From Patescibacteria group bacterium (GTDB taxonomy: Bacteria > Patescibacteriota > Patescibacteriia > SBBC01 > CAIJZX01), in contig JBBTRH010000012.1 of the NCBI GenBank assembly GCA_038065275.1, positions 14,374 through 78,373 of the forward strand: a stretch of 64,000 nucleotides of DNA. The letters run 5' to 3'. This document shows, piece by piece, positions 35,628-49,022 of the stretch. The translations under genes and the position numbers were made by a program. A model generated the notes under the pieces. It did no database searches and had not been told where the DNA came from. It was given only the letters and a program-made list of their open reading frames with translations. Position 1 is the first letter of the stretch. Each line of letters begins with the position of its first letter.

Positions 35628-36824
35628 CTATTTTCTTTCCTCCAGTACGACTTTAACCTCTTTCGTCTCGCCCTTGTGATAAATTGTGAGCGTGACCGTA
35701 TCGCCGGGATTGAACTTGCTCAGCAGGCCAGACAACGATCGATCGGTGTTGATGTCGGCTCCGTTGACCGACAAGATGATATCATTTTCCACAATTCCCG
35801 CTTTATCGGCCGGCGAACCAGGCACCACGGCGACGCTGTTGTCATTCGCCGGTTTGATCAGGGCGCCGTTCTCGACCGGGAGTTTGTCCCGCTCGGCCAT
35901 GGTTTTGGTGATTAAGACGTAGCGGACGCCGAGATAGGCGCGGGTGATTTTACCGTCCTTGGCCACGCTGTCGAGGTCGCGCTTGACGACGTTGGCCGGG
36001 ATGGCGAACCCGATCAGTTGTCCTTGCGAATTAACCGCCGTGTTAATGGCGATGACGCGACCGGTCAGATCGAGGAGCGGGCCGCCGGAGTTTCCGGGGT
36101 TGATGGCGGCGTCCGTCTGAAAGACGTCTTCCAACGTTTCCGATTGTCCGGAATTGTCGCCAGCCGTAATGGTCCGCGCTTTACCGGAGATGATGCCTTT
36201 GGTCACCGTATTCCGGTACTGGCCGAGGGCGTTGCCGATGGCGATGACCGTCTGGCCGCTTTGAACATCATCCGAATTCGATAAGCTCAGCGTCGGCAAA
36301 TCTTTCGCGTCGATTTTTACCACCGCCACGTCGTTGGTCGGATCCTTAGCCACCACCTTGGCATCGTACTTCTTCCCGTCGTTCATGACCACCGTGTAAT
36401 CGGCTTGGTCATCGTCAACCACGTGCTTGTTCGTGACGATCAGCCCGCCGGCGCCGACGACGAAACCGCTCCCGCCGCCGATTTCCTGTTTACCCTGCGG
36501 GACTTGCTGCTGTCCGAACGGCCAACCAAAAAAGTTGTCGAACGGCGAGGTCGGCTGGTTGCTGAAAATCTTCGAATAGTCTTTGGTGATGACGATGCTG
36601 ACGACCGACGGGCTGGCTTTCTTCACCACCTCGACGGTGGCCGAATCTTCTTGGACGGAGAGCGATTGCTTGGCCGTCGGTGAACTGGTCGCCGATCCGC
36701 TGGTGGTGTTGAGCATCCCGGCGCTGACCAGGCCGCCGGCCAGACCGCCGATAGTCAGACTGATCAGGATCGTCAGCCACGGAGTTGGCGTTGACGGGGG
36801 TGGAGAGAAGGTTGGTTTGTCCAT
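35628..36824 (-). CDS. htrA: HtrA/DegP-family serine protease with PDZ domain
   Basis: GSGF, TNKHVV, DVAV, QTDAAINPGNSGGPL, PDZ. Confidence 0.93.
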   Translation of the reverse strand: MDKPTFSPPPSTPTPWLTILISLTIGGLAGGLVSAGMLNTTSGSATSSPTAKQSLSVQEDSATVEVVKKASPSVVSIVITKDYSKIFSNQPTSPFDNFFGWPFGQQQVPQGKQEIGGGSGFVVGAGGLIVTNKHVVDDDQADYTVVMNDGKKYDAKVVAKDPTNDVAVVKIDAKDLPTLSLSNSDDVQSGQTVIAIGNALGQYRNTVTKGIISGKARTITAGDNSGQSETLEDVFQTDAAINPGNSGGPLLDLTGRVIAINTAVNSQGQLIGFAIPANVVKRDLDSVAKDGKITRAYLGVRYVLITKTMAERDKLPVENGALIKPANDNSVAVVPGSPADKAGIVENDIILSVNGADINTDRSLSGLLSKFNPGDTVTLTIYHKGETKEVKVVLEERK

Positions 36825-36896
36825 AGGTTGAATAGGTTGAGTCGATGGATAATATCTACTACAGTATGTAGTAGAATGATGATTCCGTCAAGCCCC

Positions 36897-37466
36897 TCAG
36901 AGAATGGAGAACTGCGGCGACGTGGCCCGCTCAATGCCGGTGGCCGGCCAACTGCCGGCGGTGACGTTCTTCCCTTTCAGGTAGGGCACGGCGATGCGAT
37001 AGGTGCCGGCGGGGGCGCCGATGAGGATATCGCCGATTTGCGGTCCGGGGACTAGGGCCGTCCACTGATCGGTTTTCAAGCTGTGGTTCGGAAAACGGAC
37101 CAAACCAACCGCCGGGCAGCTCTGCTTAGTGATCGCCACCGGTGACCAGCTTTCGCCGTCGGATGCCAGTCGTTCCACTGTCCACCACCGGGCGGCACAG
37201 CCGTCGCCGGGAAGCTGGATCCAGATCGGCGGGCGGCTGTCGTTGCGGACGGCCAAGAGCAGGGTCTCACCGCCGCGGTAAACGCGCTTATCAACCTGGA
37301 CGTTGACGCGAACGCCTGGCGGCGGAGCCAAGACGCGGTTGTCTTGAGCCTGCTGTGCTTCCAGCAACGTATTCGACGAAGCGAGGAAGAGCAGGAAGAA
37401 AATCCCCCAGCCGACGGTCAGGGCGATGACTATGGAGAAGTTGACGCGGCGTGAGACGTTGAACAC
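36897..37466 (-). CDS. hypothetical exported protein
   Basis: N-terminal TM, beta-rich domain. Confidence 0.6.
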   Translation of the reverse strand: MFNVSRRVNFSIVIALTVGWGIFFLLFLASSNTLLEAQQAQDNRVLAPPPGVRVNVQVDKRVYRGGETLLLAVRNDSRPPIWIQLPGDGCAARWWTVERLASDGESWSPVAITKQSCPAVGLVRFPNHSLKTDQWTALVPGPQIGDILIGAPAGTYRIAVPYLKGKNVTAGSWPATGIERATSPQFSIL

Positions 37467-37470
37467 AGGG

Positions 37471-38379
37471 TTACCCGTTCAAGAGCGTGGCTAAGGTGAC
37501 GATGGCCAACCCTTTGGCCTTCAGGGCGGCTACCAAGTCAGTGATCAATTGAGGCGTGATGTCGTACCCGGCGTGGAGACTAACAATGGCGCCGCCGGAC
37601 TGCTTGTCCAGGGCGGTCAGCACCCGTTCCTGGGCCTGCGCGGCGGTTATACCGTCCTGCCAGTCATAAGCGTCGACTGTCCACAGCACGGCGCAGTACC
37701 CCTGTTGGTTGAGTAGCTTAACCGTTTGGGCGGTGTAGTTGCCGCTAGGGGGGCGAAAAATTGGTTTCGGGCTGATGGCGGTAGCGCTGACGATGGCTGA
37801 TTCGGCTGTACTAATGGCGCTCAGGACGTCAGCGTCACTCATGGCGGCCAGGTTGGCGCTGTTATAGCTTTGGCTGTAAACGGCGTGGCCCGCCTGAGCA
37901 ATGGATTTGACCAGCGCCGAATTCTTGGCGGCGAACGACCCGGAGACGAAGATGTCGGCTGGCAGGCCTGCTTGCTTGAGCGCATCAAGCGCTTGCTGGG
38001 CCTGGTCATTGGCGGCCGACATGGCCACGGTCAGGACTACTTGCTTGGTCGTCCCGAAGCTGGAAATGGCGTTAGGACATTGCTTGACTGAAAAACCTTT
38101 CCAGTTGCCGCTGGTGATGACCATCTCCGGGGATGACAAGTTGGTATTCGTCGAACCGTTGGTATCGGTCGTTGAGGCGTTGGTGTTGGCGTTATCGGTC
38201 AGCAACGAAATAGCGGCGGTATCATTGCCGCCTGTTTTAGTCGTCGACTTTTTGCCTCCGAAAATGAGCCGGCCGATCAGGACCAGCACCACCACGACTA
38301 CCCCAACGACCAGCCACCGACCCCAGCTCCCTAAGGAGGAACTGCTCCGGTGCGGTTGGTAACGATGATAATCAGCCAT
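37471..38379 (-). CDS. NodB polysaccharide deacetylase-like protein, degenerate active site
   Basis: FRPP.G, WTVD..DW, IV.LH retained; TFDD and HxxxH absent. Confidence 0.78.
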   Translation of the reverse strand: MADYHRYQPHRSSSSLGSWGRWLVVGVVVVVLVLIGRLIFGGKKSTTKTGGNDTAAISLLTDNANTNASTTDTNGSTNTNLSSPEMVITSGNWKGFSVKQCPNAISSFGTTKQVVLTVAMSAANDQAQQALDALKQAGLPADIFVSGSFAAKNSALVKSIAQAGHAVYSQSYNSANLAAMSDADVLSAISTAESAIVSATAISPKPIFRPPSGNYTAQTVKLLNQQGYCAVLWTVDAYDWQDGITAAQAQERVLTALDKQSGGAIVSLHAGYDITPQLITDLVAALKAKGLAIVTLATLLNG

Positions 38380-39025
38380 GGGTCGTTGACGTCGCAAGGG
38401 CCTGACGCCACGTTAAGTATACCACCACCGCCCGGTATAAGCCAAAGAACAGCCCAACGAACCCGAGATCGCCTAGAACTGTATTGCGGAAGAATGGCAG
38501 ACCGGCCGCGTATGCCTGCATCAGTCCGGCGCCAGTGTGTGGATACATCGACTGGAACGCCCAGACCGCTGCATTGGTCACCAGGAAAAATACGATCGAT
38601 CCGGCCAAGCTGAACATTAGTAGGCGCCGCACGGCCAAGCGCTGTCGGAGCTGACGGCCGAATAAATTACTGGACGCAAACGAGGCATACACAGCGACCA
38701 TGACCGGTAAGGTGTAAAATCCGATGATTAGATCGCTGGCCAGCATGGCGGATAGCGGCACGACGAATGTCCACCGCCGCGGCAAGTACGCGCCGCTGAA
38801 GAGTGCCATGGCACTAATCGGGGCCACGTTGGGCGGGAGCGGCAACCAACCGGCGTCGCGGACAACGCGGATAACGGCGCCCAGGACAACTAGGCCGACC
38901 ACCATCACCGTGGTGAATGAAGCTCCGCGGGCTTCCATCCGCGGTATATTTAGGTTCTTCGGCAGAACGGAATCCGCCGAAGTCCCGCCGAGCGGGACGA
39001 AGGCGGATGAAACGCGGCGGGTCAT
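38372..39025 (-). CDS. DUF6580-like putative cobalamin transporter membrane subunit
   Basis: PNVAPI.AMALF.G, FFLVTN..VW, Y.AGLPF.RNT..GDL; downstream of B12 riboswitch. Confidence 0.75.
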   Translation of the reverse strand: MTRRVSSAFVPLGGTSADSVLPKNLNIPRMEARGASFTTVMVVGLVVLGAVIRVVRDAGWLPLPPNVAPISAMALFSGAYLPRRWTFVVPLSAMLASDLIIGFYTLPVMVAVYASFASSNLFGRQLRQRLAVRRLLMFSLAGSIVFFLVTNAAVWAFQSMYPHTGAGLMQAYAAGLPFFRNTVLGDLGFVGLFFGLYRAVVVYLTWRQALATSTTHG

Positions 39026-39489
39026 GGCGATTGGCGCTCGACCGCGATCTGATCGCCTTGTTCCAGCGATCGGAGGCTGAGATCGGCGACCAGCACGCCG
39101 TTGACCCGGACCTGCCAGCCACCAGTGACGTCGTTAGACAGGTTGAGGAAACGGCGCAGGTAGATCGACGAGCCGCGGCTGGTGTACTCGAATGACGACC
39201 CAGCGGCCGCCTGTCCGAGCGCTTCCGCGATCGTCCCGTACTGCGGACGCGATATCAGCCGCCTCACCTGGTCACCGGACCGAACCGTGACCGGCACGGT
39301 CAGCGACGCGGCTGTCGCCGCGCCGAGGATTCGGTCCGGAGCAGTGGTCATGCTTCGATTCGCGGAGAGGAACGGCGACAGAAAGACCATTGACAAACCG
39401 CTGACCATTACCAGCGTCAATCCGATATCGCGCCATAGCACCCGGCGGGACAAAGACGGATGAAGATGATTCGCCGCCCGCGAGTTCAA
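39022..39489 (-). CDS. DUF4430-like protein (start uncertain)
   Basis: TM then W.VRVNG......L..GD.I. Confidence 0.6.
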   Translation of the reverse strand: MNSRAANHLHPSLSRRVLWRDIGLTLVMVSGLSMVFLSPFLSANRSMTTAPDRILGAATAASLTVPVTVRSGDQVRRLISRPQYGTIAEALGQAAAGSSFEYTSRGSSIYLRRFLNLSNDVTGGWQVRVNGVLVADLSLRSLEQGDQIAVERQSP

Positions 39490-39550
39490 TCTCAACGGCG
39501 CCAAGCTTTTTCCAGGCTTGGTGACCGTCTTCCTGCCACTGGTGGGCATC

Positions 39551-39910
39551 TTAATAGCTTTCAAGCTTCCACTCAATCTTGTCGCCATTGGTCGTTTGGT
39601 AATCTTTCGCGCCGACTTCAGCTTGTTTACAGTTGACATAGAAAGCCCAGAATTGGCGATCACCCGGTTTCTTGCCATCAATGGCGTTGACGAACCCCTG
39701 GGTGGAGACGTCAACTTGGTGAGTAGACTGGAGCAATTCTAGAGCATTTTTCCCGTCTTGACCAGCGTAAGTTACGCTGTCAGCCGCGGCGACGCAGACG
39801 ACGGTGTTGGCATTCTTTACCGGAACCTTGACGGTCGTTGTTAAACCACAACCGGCACCGACCAAAGCCAGGCTAAGGACGATAATGAGAATTGATGAGA
39901 AACGTTTCAT
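39551..39910 (-). CDS. DUF4430 lipoprotein
   Basis: Lipobox LVGAGC; FVNAIDG...FWAFYVN...VGA...GDKIEW. Confidence 0.82.
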   Translation of the reverse strand: MKRFSSILIIVLSLALVGAGCGLTTTVKVPVKNANTVVCVAAADSVTYAGQDGKNALELLQSTHQVDVSTQGFVNAIDGKKPGDRQFWAFYVNCKQAEVGAKDYQTTNGDKIEWKLESY

Positions 39911-40075
39911 ACTGTTGGTGGGCTTGCCTGGTCCCGGAACGAAGTGACTGGTACCGGGCTAATGATAAATACCCCGCCAACGCGAGTCAGCAGACGAAGT
40001 CCCGAGTAAAACGAGGGATCTAACGTATGCCTTTCCACGAAGGTCTTGTCTTCGACTGAGGTTCGACGGCCTCGA

Positions 40076-40245
40076 TCAGGCGTCCGACTTCCTCCCCCTC
40101 TCCTCTTCGAGGAGAGGGGTGCCCGAAGGGCGGGGTGAGGTCACGGTTGCGGGACAGTTCCGGACTGTGCCCCGTACCTGAGTCCCGTTAGGGACGCAAT
40201 GGCTCGGGGATTCACCGGATTGCCTTCTACTTTCGTATTTAGCTG
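40076..40245 (-). promoter_or_regulatory. cobalamin riboswitch with two palindrome insertions
   Basis: AGGCAATCCGGTGAA...CCGGGAACTGTCCCGCAACCGTGA...AAGTCGGACGCC. Confidence 0.78.
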
Positions 40246-40299
40246 TCTGGGTCGCTAGGGTCTAAATGCATCATGACGGAATGCTACCAGAACCCCCTA

Positions 40300-40764
40300 C
40301 TAAGAGTCAACCGGCTTATGCACCTGCCGATGCGCCGTCGTCAAAAGCCACCGTGACAGCCAGAACACCGCCAGCACGGTCACCAAGCCGTACCCGAGCA
40401 AGGGAAAAACGAGAGCGGCTCCGACATCGCGCCATATAATGTTCAACGAAACTCCATGCACCACGTTCAAAATAATCTGTGAGATCGTGAACCACAGGAT
40501 AGTGAGTATGAAACTCAGGCCAACGGCCAACCACCGCACCCGCGGCGGCCGGCCCCACGACCATTGATTGAGCGCCGTCACCGCCAGCACCGCCGGTCCG
40601 AAGAAGCCGAGCATCGCGAACATCGCCATCAACCACGCCACAAACGGATTGGCCCCGTAGACCGACCACGGCACGAACAGCTGGAGAATATAGACGACCA
40701 TGAAAACCGCGATGCCGACCGCCGCCACGCGCCGAAAACGATGGTGGAGATTGGGTCCGGTCAT
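40300..40764 (-). CDS. hypothetical membrane protein
   Basis: Four TM helices. Confidence 0.65.
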   Translation of the reverse strand: MTGPNLHHRFRRVAAVGIAVFMVVYILQLFVPWSVYGANPFVAWLMAMFAMLGFFGPAVLAVTALNQWSWGRPPRVRWLAVGLSFILTILWFTISQIILNVVHGVSLNIIWRDVGAALVFPLLGYGLVTVLAVFWLSRWLLTTAHRQVHKPVDS

Positions 40765-40765
40765 G

Positions 40766-41341
40766 TTAGTAGTCAATTCCTTTCGTCGCAATAATCCCTT
40801 TGTCGTAGGGGTGTTTCACTTTTTTCATCTCCGTCACCAAGTCGGCATACTTTAACATCCAGTCGAGTTTTTTATGTCCGGTCCAAATCAGGTGCGTCTG
40901 CCGGGCGGTCTTGTCTTTGACCCGGTCCTTCAGCGCCTGCTCAACCGGCTTTCGCTCCAAAAGTCCCTCCTCCACCGCCGTCCCGAGTTCATCGAGCACC
41001 ACCAGCTGATAGGCGCCGGATAAAAGTTTTTTCCGGCTTAGTTCAAGCGCTTTCTCCGCTGCGACTTTGTGCTGGTCTTCCGATTTTACATCGTTCAGTA
41101 TTTTATAAAACCCTTCGCCCATCACAAAAATTTCAATTCCGAGCTTACGCAAACTCGTGCGCTCGCCGCTCGGCCACTTGGCCTCCTTCATGAACTGGAT
41201 AAAAATTATTTTCCAGCCATACCCCGCGGCGCGGACGACAGTGCCAACCGCGGCGGTGGTTTTGCCTTTACCGTTGCCGATATAGGCGTGCACCAACCCT
41301 CGGTCAGCCGTGCATAATTTTTTTTCGTTGGACAGCGACAT
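40766..41341 (-). CDS. btuR: cob(I)alamin adenosyltransferase
   Basis: GNGKGKTTAA.G...RA.G, QFMK, VVLDEL, ADLVTEM...KHPY..G..A.KGIDY. Confidence 0.92.
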   Translation of the reverse strand: MSLSNEKKLCTADRGLVHAYIGNGKGKTTAAVGTVVRAAGYGWKIIFIQFMKEAKWPSGERTSLRKLGIEIFVMGEGFYKILNDVKSEDQHKVAAEKALELSRKKLLSGAYQLVVLDELGTAVEEGLLERKPVEQALKDRVKDKTARQTHLIWTGHKKLDWMLKYADLVTEMKKVKHPYDKGIIATKGIDY

Positions 41342-41409
41342 ACAACACCGCCACAGCGCGGGTTTTCCGGCGGAGCCGGACAAACGAAACCCGCGCTGTG
41401 GTCTGGAAA

Positions 41410-41733
41410 TTACAGATTAATCTTCTGCGACCAGCCGTAGATCAGCGGGATTTGATACTCTTTCCCCTGCCAGGCATTGATGAATCCGATGACCATGCCG
41501 ATAAAAGCAACGAACCCAATCAACCAGCCGATGACCGGAATAAAGGTGACTAAGCTGATGATCAACAGCACGACCGCTTGTTTCGCATGAAATTGGACGA
41601 ACTTATCGTCGCGCTTGACAAAGAGCATGACAATGGCCAACAACCAGACGTAGCTGACAGCGGCCATCAGATGGCTGTCGCTCTTCGGTTGGATGTTCGA
41701 TGGGGTATTTTTCTGTTCTGGGGGTGTGTCCAT
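41410..41733 (-). CDS. DUF4870-like membrane protein
   Basis: FVQFHAKQA, AWQG..Y.IP. Confidence 0.75.
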   Translation of the reverse strand: MDTPPEQKNTPSNIQPKSDSHLMAAVSYVWLLAIVMLFVKRDDKFVQFHAKQAVVLLIISLVTFIPVIGWLIGFVAFIGMVIGFINAWQGKEYQIPLIYGWSQKINL

Positions 41734-41863
41734 AACGTGATGGATAGTAAATAAACGATACAGCGTTAGAGTAAACGACTATTACGCTAACATTGGCAGT
41801 ATAGCACAAGCCAACCCCGACCGCGAGTGGCCAGGGTTGGCGTTTTGTTTTGGTCCTTTTCCC

Positions 41864-41902
41864 AACTAATTAACTAATTAACCAATCAACTAATCAACCA
41901 AC
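41864..41902. repeat. imperfect 8-bp tandem repeat
   Basis: AACTAATT-AACTAATT-AACCAATC-AACTAATC-AACCAAC. Confidence 0.6.
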
Positions 41903-41903
41903 C

Positions 41904-45416
<3,513 letters not shown>

Positions 45417-45444
45417 GGTCGTGATACTTCAGCTGAGAAAAAGA

Positions 45445-45912
45445 TTATCGTGGCGCGCGTTTGCCTTTGGCCAAGGCATTCAGTTCCCGCTTGAATGAAG
45501 CCGCATCCTGGAATTGGCGATAGACGGAAGCGAAACGGATGTAAGCCACCTGGTCGACCCGTTGCAGGCGTCGCATGGCCAGTTCGCCGATCTGTAACGA
45601 AGTGACTTCCACCCGGCCGCGAACCTGAATATCCCGTTCGACCTGGCCGATTAGGCGTTTGAAGGATTGGGCAGTGATCGGCCGCTTTTCCAGGGCTTTC
45701 CGCAACCCGTTTTCGAGCTTGTCGCGATTGTACGGTTCGCGTCGGCCGTCGCGCTTGATGACCGTTAAGTTGAGGATTTCCACCTCTTCCACCGTCGAAA
45801 AACGGTACCCGCAGCGGTCGCATTCGCGGCGGCGGCGGATGGCCAGCCCTTCGTCAGTCACCCGGGAATCCATGACGCTGGTATCGTGATGATGACAGGA
45901 CGGACACTTCAT
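45445..45912 (-). CDS. nrdR: transcriptional repressor NrdR
   Basis: MKCPSC...DSR...IRRRREC, ATP cone, VAYIRFASVY. Confidence 0.96.
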   Translation of the reverse strand: MKCPSCHHHDTSVMDSRVTDEGLAIRRRRECDRCGYRFSTVEEVEILNLTVIKRDGRREPYNRDKLENGLRKALEKRPITAQSFKRLIGQVERDIQVRGRVEVTSLQIGELAMRRLQRVDQVAYIRFASVYRQFQDAASFKRELNALAKGKRAPR

Positions 45913-46158
45913 TATAGACACGGTGGGTTATCATATGACCCTTGGCGACCCGCGCAACTCCCCGGTTTGTGGTAAAACAGGCATTTTGTGGAGCATGGCG
46001 GGTTAGAATATAATCGGCCTCAACCCCGCCCCTCCGGAATATCAGGAGAACGTAGCCTATGCCGGACGGCCCGCGGGCGACACCAATCGGCGATCACAGG
46101 CAAATTATGTGTAAATGTTCTTTTATTTGGTTTTTTGCTTGATCAGCTACTGCCGGAA

Positions 46159-46207
46159 CCACTACATCTTGTGTCTGTAAAGAGCATTGTACCACTACAT
46201 CTAGGGT
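46159..46207. promoter_or_regulatory. tandem NrdR boxes
   Basis: CCACTACATCTTGTGT and CCACTACATCTAGGGT, 33 bp apart, upstream of nrdR-nrdJ. Confidence 0.75.
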
Positions 46208-46405
46208 CAGTCAAACCCCATGCATTTCCTTATTTTTCGACCCTTTCCCGTGTTTAAGTGTCCGATTCACAATTTTTTTCCGACGCCATCAGGCCGGCGG
46301 CTTGTGGATAATCCCCTTGGCGACAGGTCACTCGCCTCCCCCACAACGAAGAACACCCGCCGGCAGGCGGGCGCACTGGGATCAATCGGGTCGACAAACA
46401 CTGCC

Positions 46406-47584
46406 CTAAAGCATCTTCTTCCGGATGAAAGCCGGAATTTCCAGGTCGTCCTCAGGTGCTGGTTTAGGAGCCGGACGCGATACCGGCGGGGTGAAGGTCG
46501 ACGCCTGAGCGGATGGGGCCGATGACACCGCCGGTTTTGAGCGTTCGACCGGCAAACTCGTATCAAATGACGCGCTACCGGCCGCCATGACCTTTTTCGG
46601 CGCCCGGGCGCCGCCGCCTTTGCCGAAGCCGGTGGCGATGACCGTCACCTTGAGCTCGTCTTTCAGCGCTTCGTCGATCACCGCACCGAAGATGATTTTG
46701 GCGTTCTGATCGGCTGATTGGGTGATGACGCGGGCCGCTTCGTTGACTTCGTACATGCTCATGTTCTGGCCGCCGGTGATGGTAAATAGGATGCCGCGCG
46801 CGCCGTCGATCGGCACTTCCAGCAACGGCGAGTCGATGGCCGCCTTGGCGGCGTCGACCGCGCGGGTTTCACCGGTGGCGCGGCCAATGCCCATCAGCGC
46901 CGTCCCCTGGTCTTTCATGATTGCCTTGACATCGGCGAAGTCGACGTTAATCAGGCCGGGAACGGTGATCAGTTCGGCGATACCCTGGATCCCCTGGCGC
47001 AACACGTCATCCACCACCTGGAACGATTCCAACAACGAGGTCTTCTTGTCGATGATCTGCAACAGACGGTCGTTGGGAATAGAGATGATGGTGTCGACTT
47101 GGCCGGCTAGCTCGTTATAGCCGTGGTCGGCGATCGCCCGACGTTGGACGCCCTCGAAGGAGAAGGGTTTGGTCACCACCGCCACCGTCAGCGCGCCGAG
47201 GTCTTTAGCGATCTCCGCAATCAACGGCGCCGCGCCGGTGCCGGTGCCGCCGCCCAGACCGCAGGTGATGAAGACCATGTCCGAATCTTTCAGCAGTTCG
47301 CGGATTTCGTCCTGGTCCTCTTCCGCCGCTTTCCGGCCGATGTCCGGATCCATGCCCGCCCCCAGACCGCGGGTGGTGGTCTTGCCGATATGAAGCTTGA
47401 CCGGCGCCACATTGTGGTGCAGGGCTTGAGCGTCGGTGTTGACCGCCACAAACTCAATCCCCCGGATTTTCTGTTGCATCATCCGGTTGATGGCCGAACC
47501 GCCGGATCCGCCGATGCCAAGAACTTTGATCTTGGCGAACGTTTCGATGTCGGGTTTCACTTCCATGGGCGATCGGGGAGGCAT
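46406..47584 (-). CDS. ftsZ: cell division protein FtsZ
   Basis: GGGTGTG, NVDFADV, C-terminal LEIPAFIRK. Confidence 0.98.
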   Translation of the reverse strand: MPPRSPMEVKPDIETFAKIKVLGIGGSGGSAINRMMQQKIRGIEFVAVNTDAQALHHNVAPVKLHIGKTTTRGLGAGMDPDIGRKAAEEDQDEIRELLKDSDMVFITCGLGGGTGTGAAPLIAEIAKDLGALTVAVVTKPFSFEGVQRRAIADHGYNELAGQVDTIISIPNDRLLQIIDKKTSLLESFQVVDDVLRQGIQGIAELITVPGLINVDFADVKAIMKDQGTALMGIGRATGETRAVDAAKAAIDSPLLEVPIDGARGILFTITGGQNMSMYEVNEAARVITQSADQNAKIIFGAVIDEALKDELKVTVIATGFGKGGGARAPKKVMAAGSASFDTSLPVERSKPAVSSAPSAQASTFTPPVSRPAPKPAPEDDLEIPAFIRKKML

Positions 47585-47669
47585 GGCGTTAGTCTATCAA
47601 AGTTATGGCTAAAGGGGCAATGGCGGCCGGAACCGAGGGTGAACACCTCAAGTGTTCAGTCGGGATACG

Positions 47670-48911
47670 TTACGGCAACAGGCCTTTGAACCAGCGGCGT
47701 ATCCCGTCAACCGTGTCATTGACCGAGCCGAGGGCCGGGAGTTTACTGAACAGTCCGCGGTCGGCATTGGCGTCGGCGGCCCAGCTGGCTAAACCCAGCG
47801 CCGTGGTAAAGGCCGGGTCTTGGATTTTATCGATCGCGCTGGTGTAGCCCTGGGGAAAACCGACGCTGACCGGCAACCGAAAGTCGCGCTTGCCGATATC
47901 GACGAAGCCGGGAAGTTTGGCTCCCCCGCCGGTCAGGACGACGCCGGCCGGGAGCAACCCCGAGCGATCAATGGACTGGAGTTCACGGTCAACCATCTTG
48001 TCGATTTCTTCCGCTCGAGCTTCGATGATTTCAGCGATCTGACGCCGCGAAATCGCCAGGTCGTCACCGCCCAGGTCGTGCAGGTTAATCTCGTCGTGTT
48101 TGCCGACTTCGTTCGGGTTGGCCGTGCCCGCTTCAAGTTTCACCTTTTCGGCCAGGTCAATGGAAATGCGCAGGCCGATGGCGATGTCGTTGGTGATGTG
48201 ACTGCCGCCAATCGGCAAGATCTTGGTGTGCAGGACGTCGCCCTCTTCGAAGACCATCAGGCTGGTGGTGCTGGCGCCGACGTTCAGAACGGCCACGCCC
48301 AGGTCTTTCTGCCGTTTTGAAGTACAGGCTAGCGATGAGGCCAGCACCGCTAGGACCAGATCGTCAATGCTGACGCCGGTCCGGTAGATCGCTTTCTGCA
48401 AATTCTTAATTTGCGCCGTTTGACCCTCGATAATCTGGGCGTCAACTTCGAGGCGCATGGCCGACATGCCTACCGGATCTTTCACCCCGTGCTGGTTGTC
48501 AACCGTGTATGATCGCGGGATGACGTGGAGAATTTCGTAGTTCGGCGGCGCGGCCACCGCTTGCGCCGCTTCGATCACGCGGTCGACGTCATTCGGCTTA
48601 ATCTCGCCGTCCGCCTTGGCGACGGCCACGATGCCGTGGCTCTCGATGGAAGTGATGTGCGTGCCGTTGATGGCCACCGTGGCGTGTTCGGCCGGGACGC
48701 CGGTCATCCGCTCGGCTTTCTCCAGGGTCGCCGAAATCGACGACACCGCATCTTCGATGCTGGTGATCGTGCCCTTGGAAATGCCGTCCGCCGATCCTTC
48801 GGCCGCGCCGAGGATGTGCAATCCGTCCACTCCCGCTTGGCGCTGAGCCACGACCACGCGGATGGCCGAGGAGCCGACGTCGAGTCCGGTGTAGAGTTCA
48901 ATTTTTGCCAT
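47670..48911 (-). CDS. ftsA: cell division protein FtsA
   Basis: GLDVGSS, GGSHITNDI, GVVLTGGGA; adjacent to ftsZ. Confidence 0.95.
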   Translation of the reverse strand: MAKIELYTGLDVGSSAIRVVVAQRQAGVDGLHILGAAEGSADGISKGTITSIEDAVSSISATLEKAERMTGVPAEHATVAINGTHITSIESHGIVAVAKADGEIKPNDVDRVIEAAQAVAAPPNYEILHVIPRSYTVDNQHGVKDPVGMSAMRLEVDAQIIEGQTAQIKNLQKAIYRTGVSIDDLVLAVLASSLACTSKRQKDLGVAVLNVGASTTSLMVFEEGDVLHTKILPIGGSHITNDIAIGLRISIDLAEKVKLEAGTANPNEVGKHDEINLHDLGGDDLAISRRQIAEIIEARAEEIDKMVDRELQSIDRSGLLPAGVVLTGGGAKLPGFVDIGKRDFRLPVSVGFPQGYTSAIDKIQDPAFTTALGLASWAADANADRGLFSKLPALGSVNDTVDGIRRWFKGLLP

Positions 48912-49022
48912 CGCCGCGACCACAATTTTGGTCAAGCATACGTACCGGCAGTATATACCAACTTCCAGGAAAGGCGAAGGCTGTGGATAACATCAACTGT
49001 ACACAAAAAGTGTTCAATCCCT

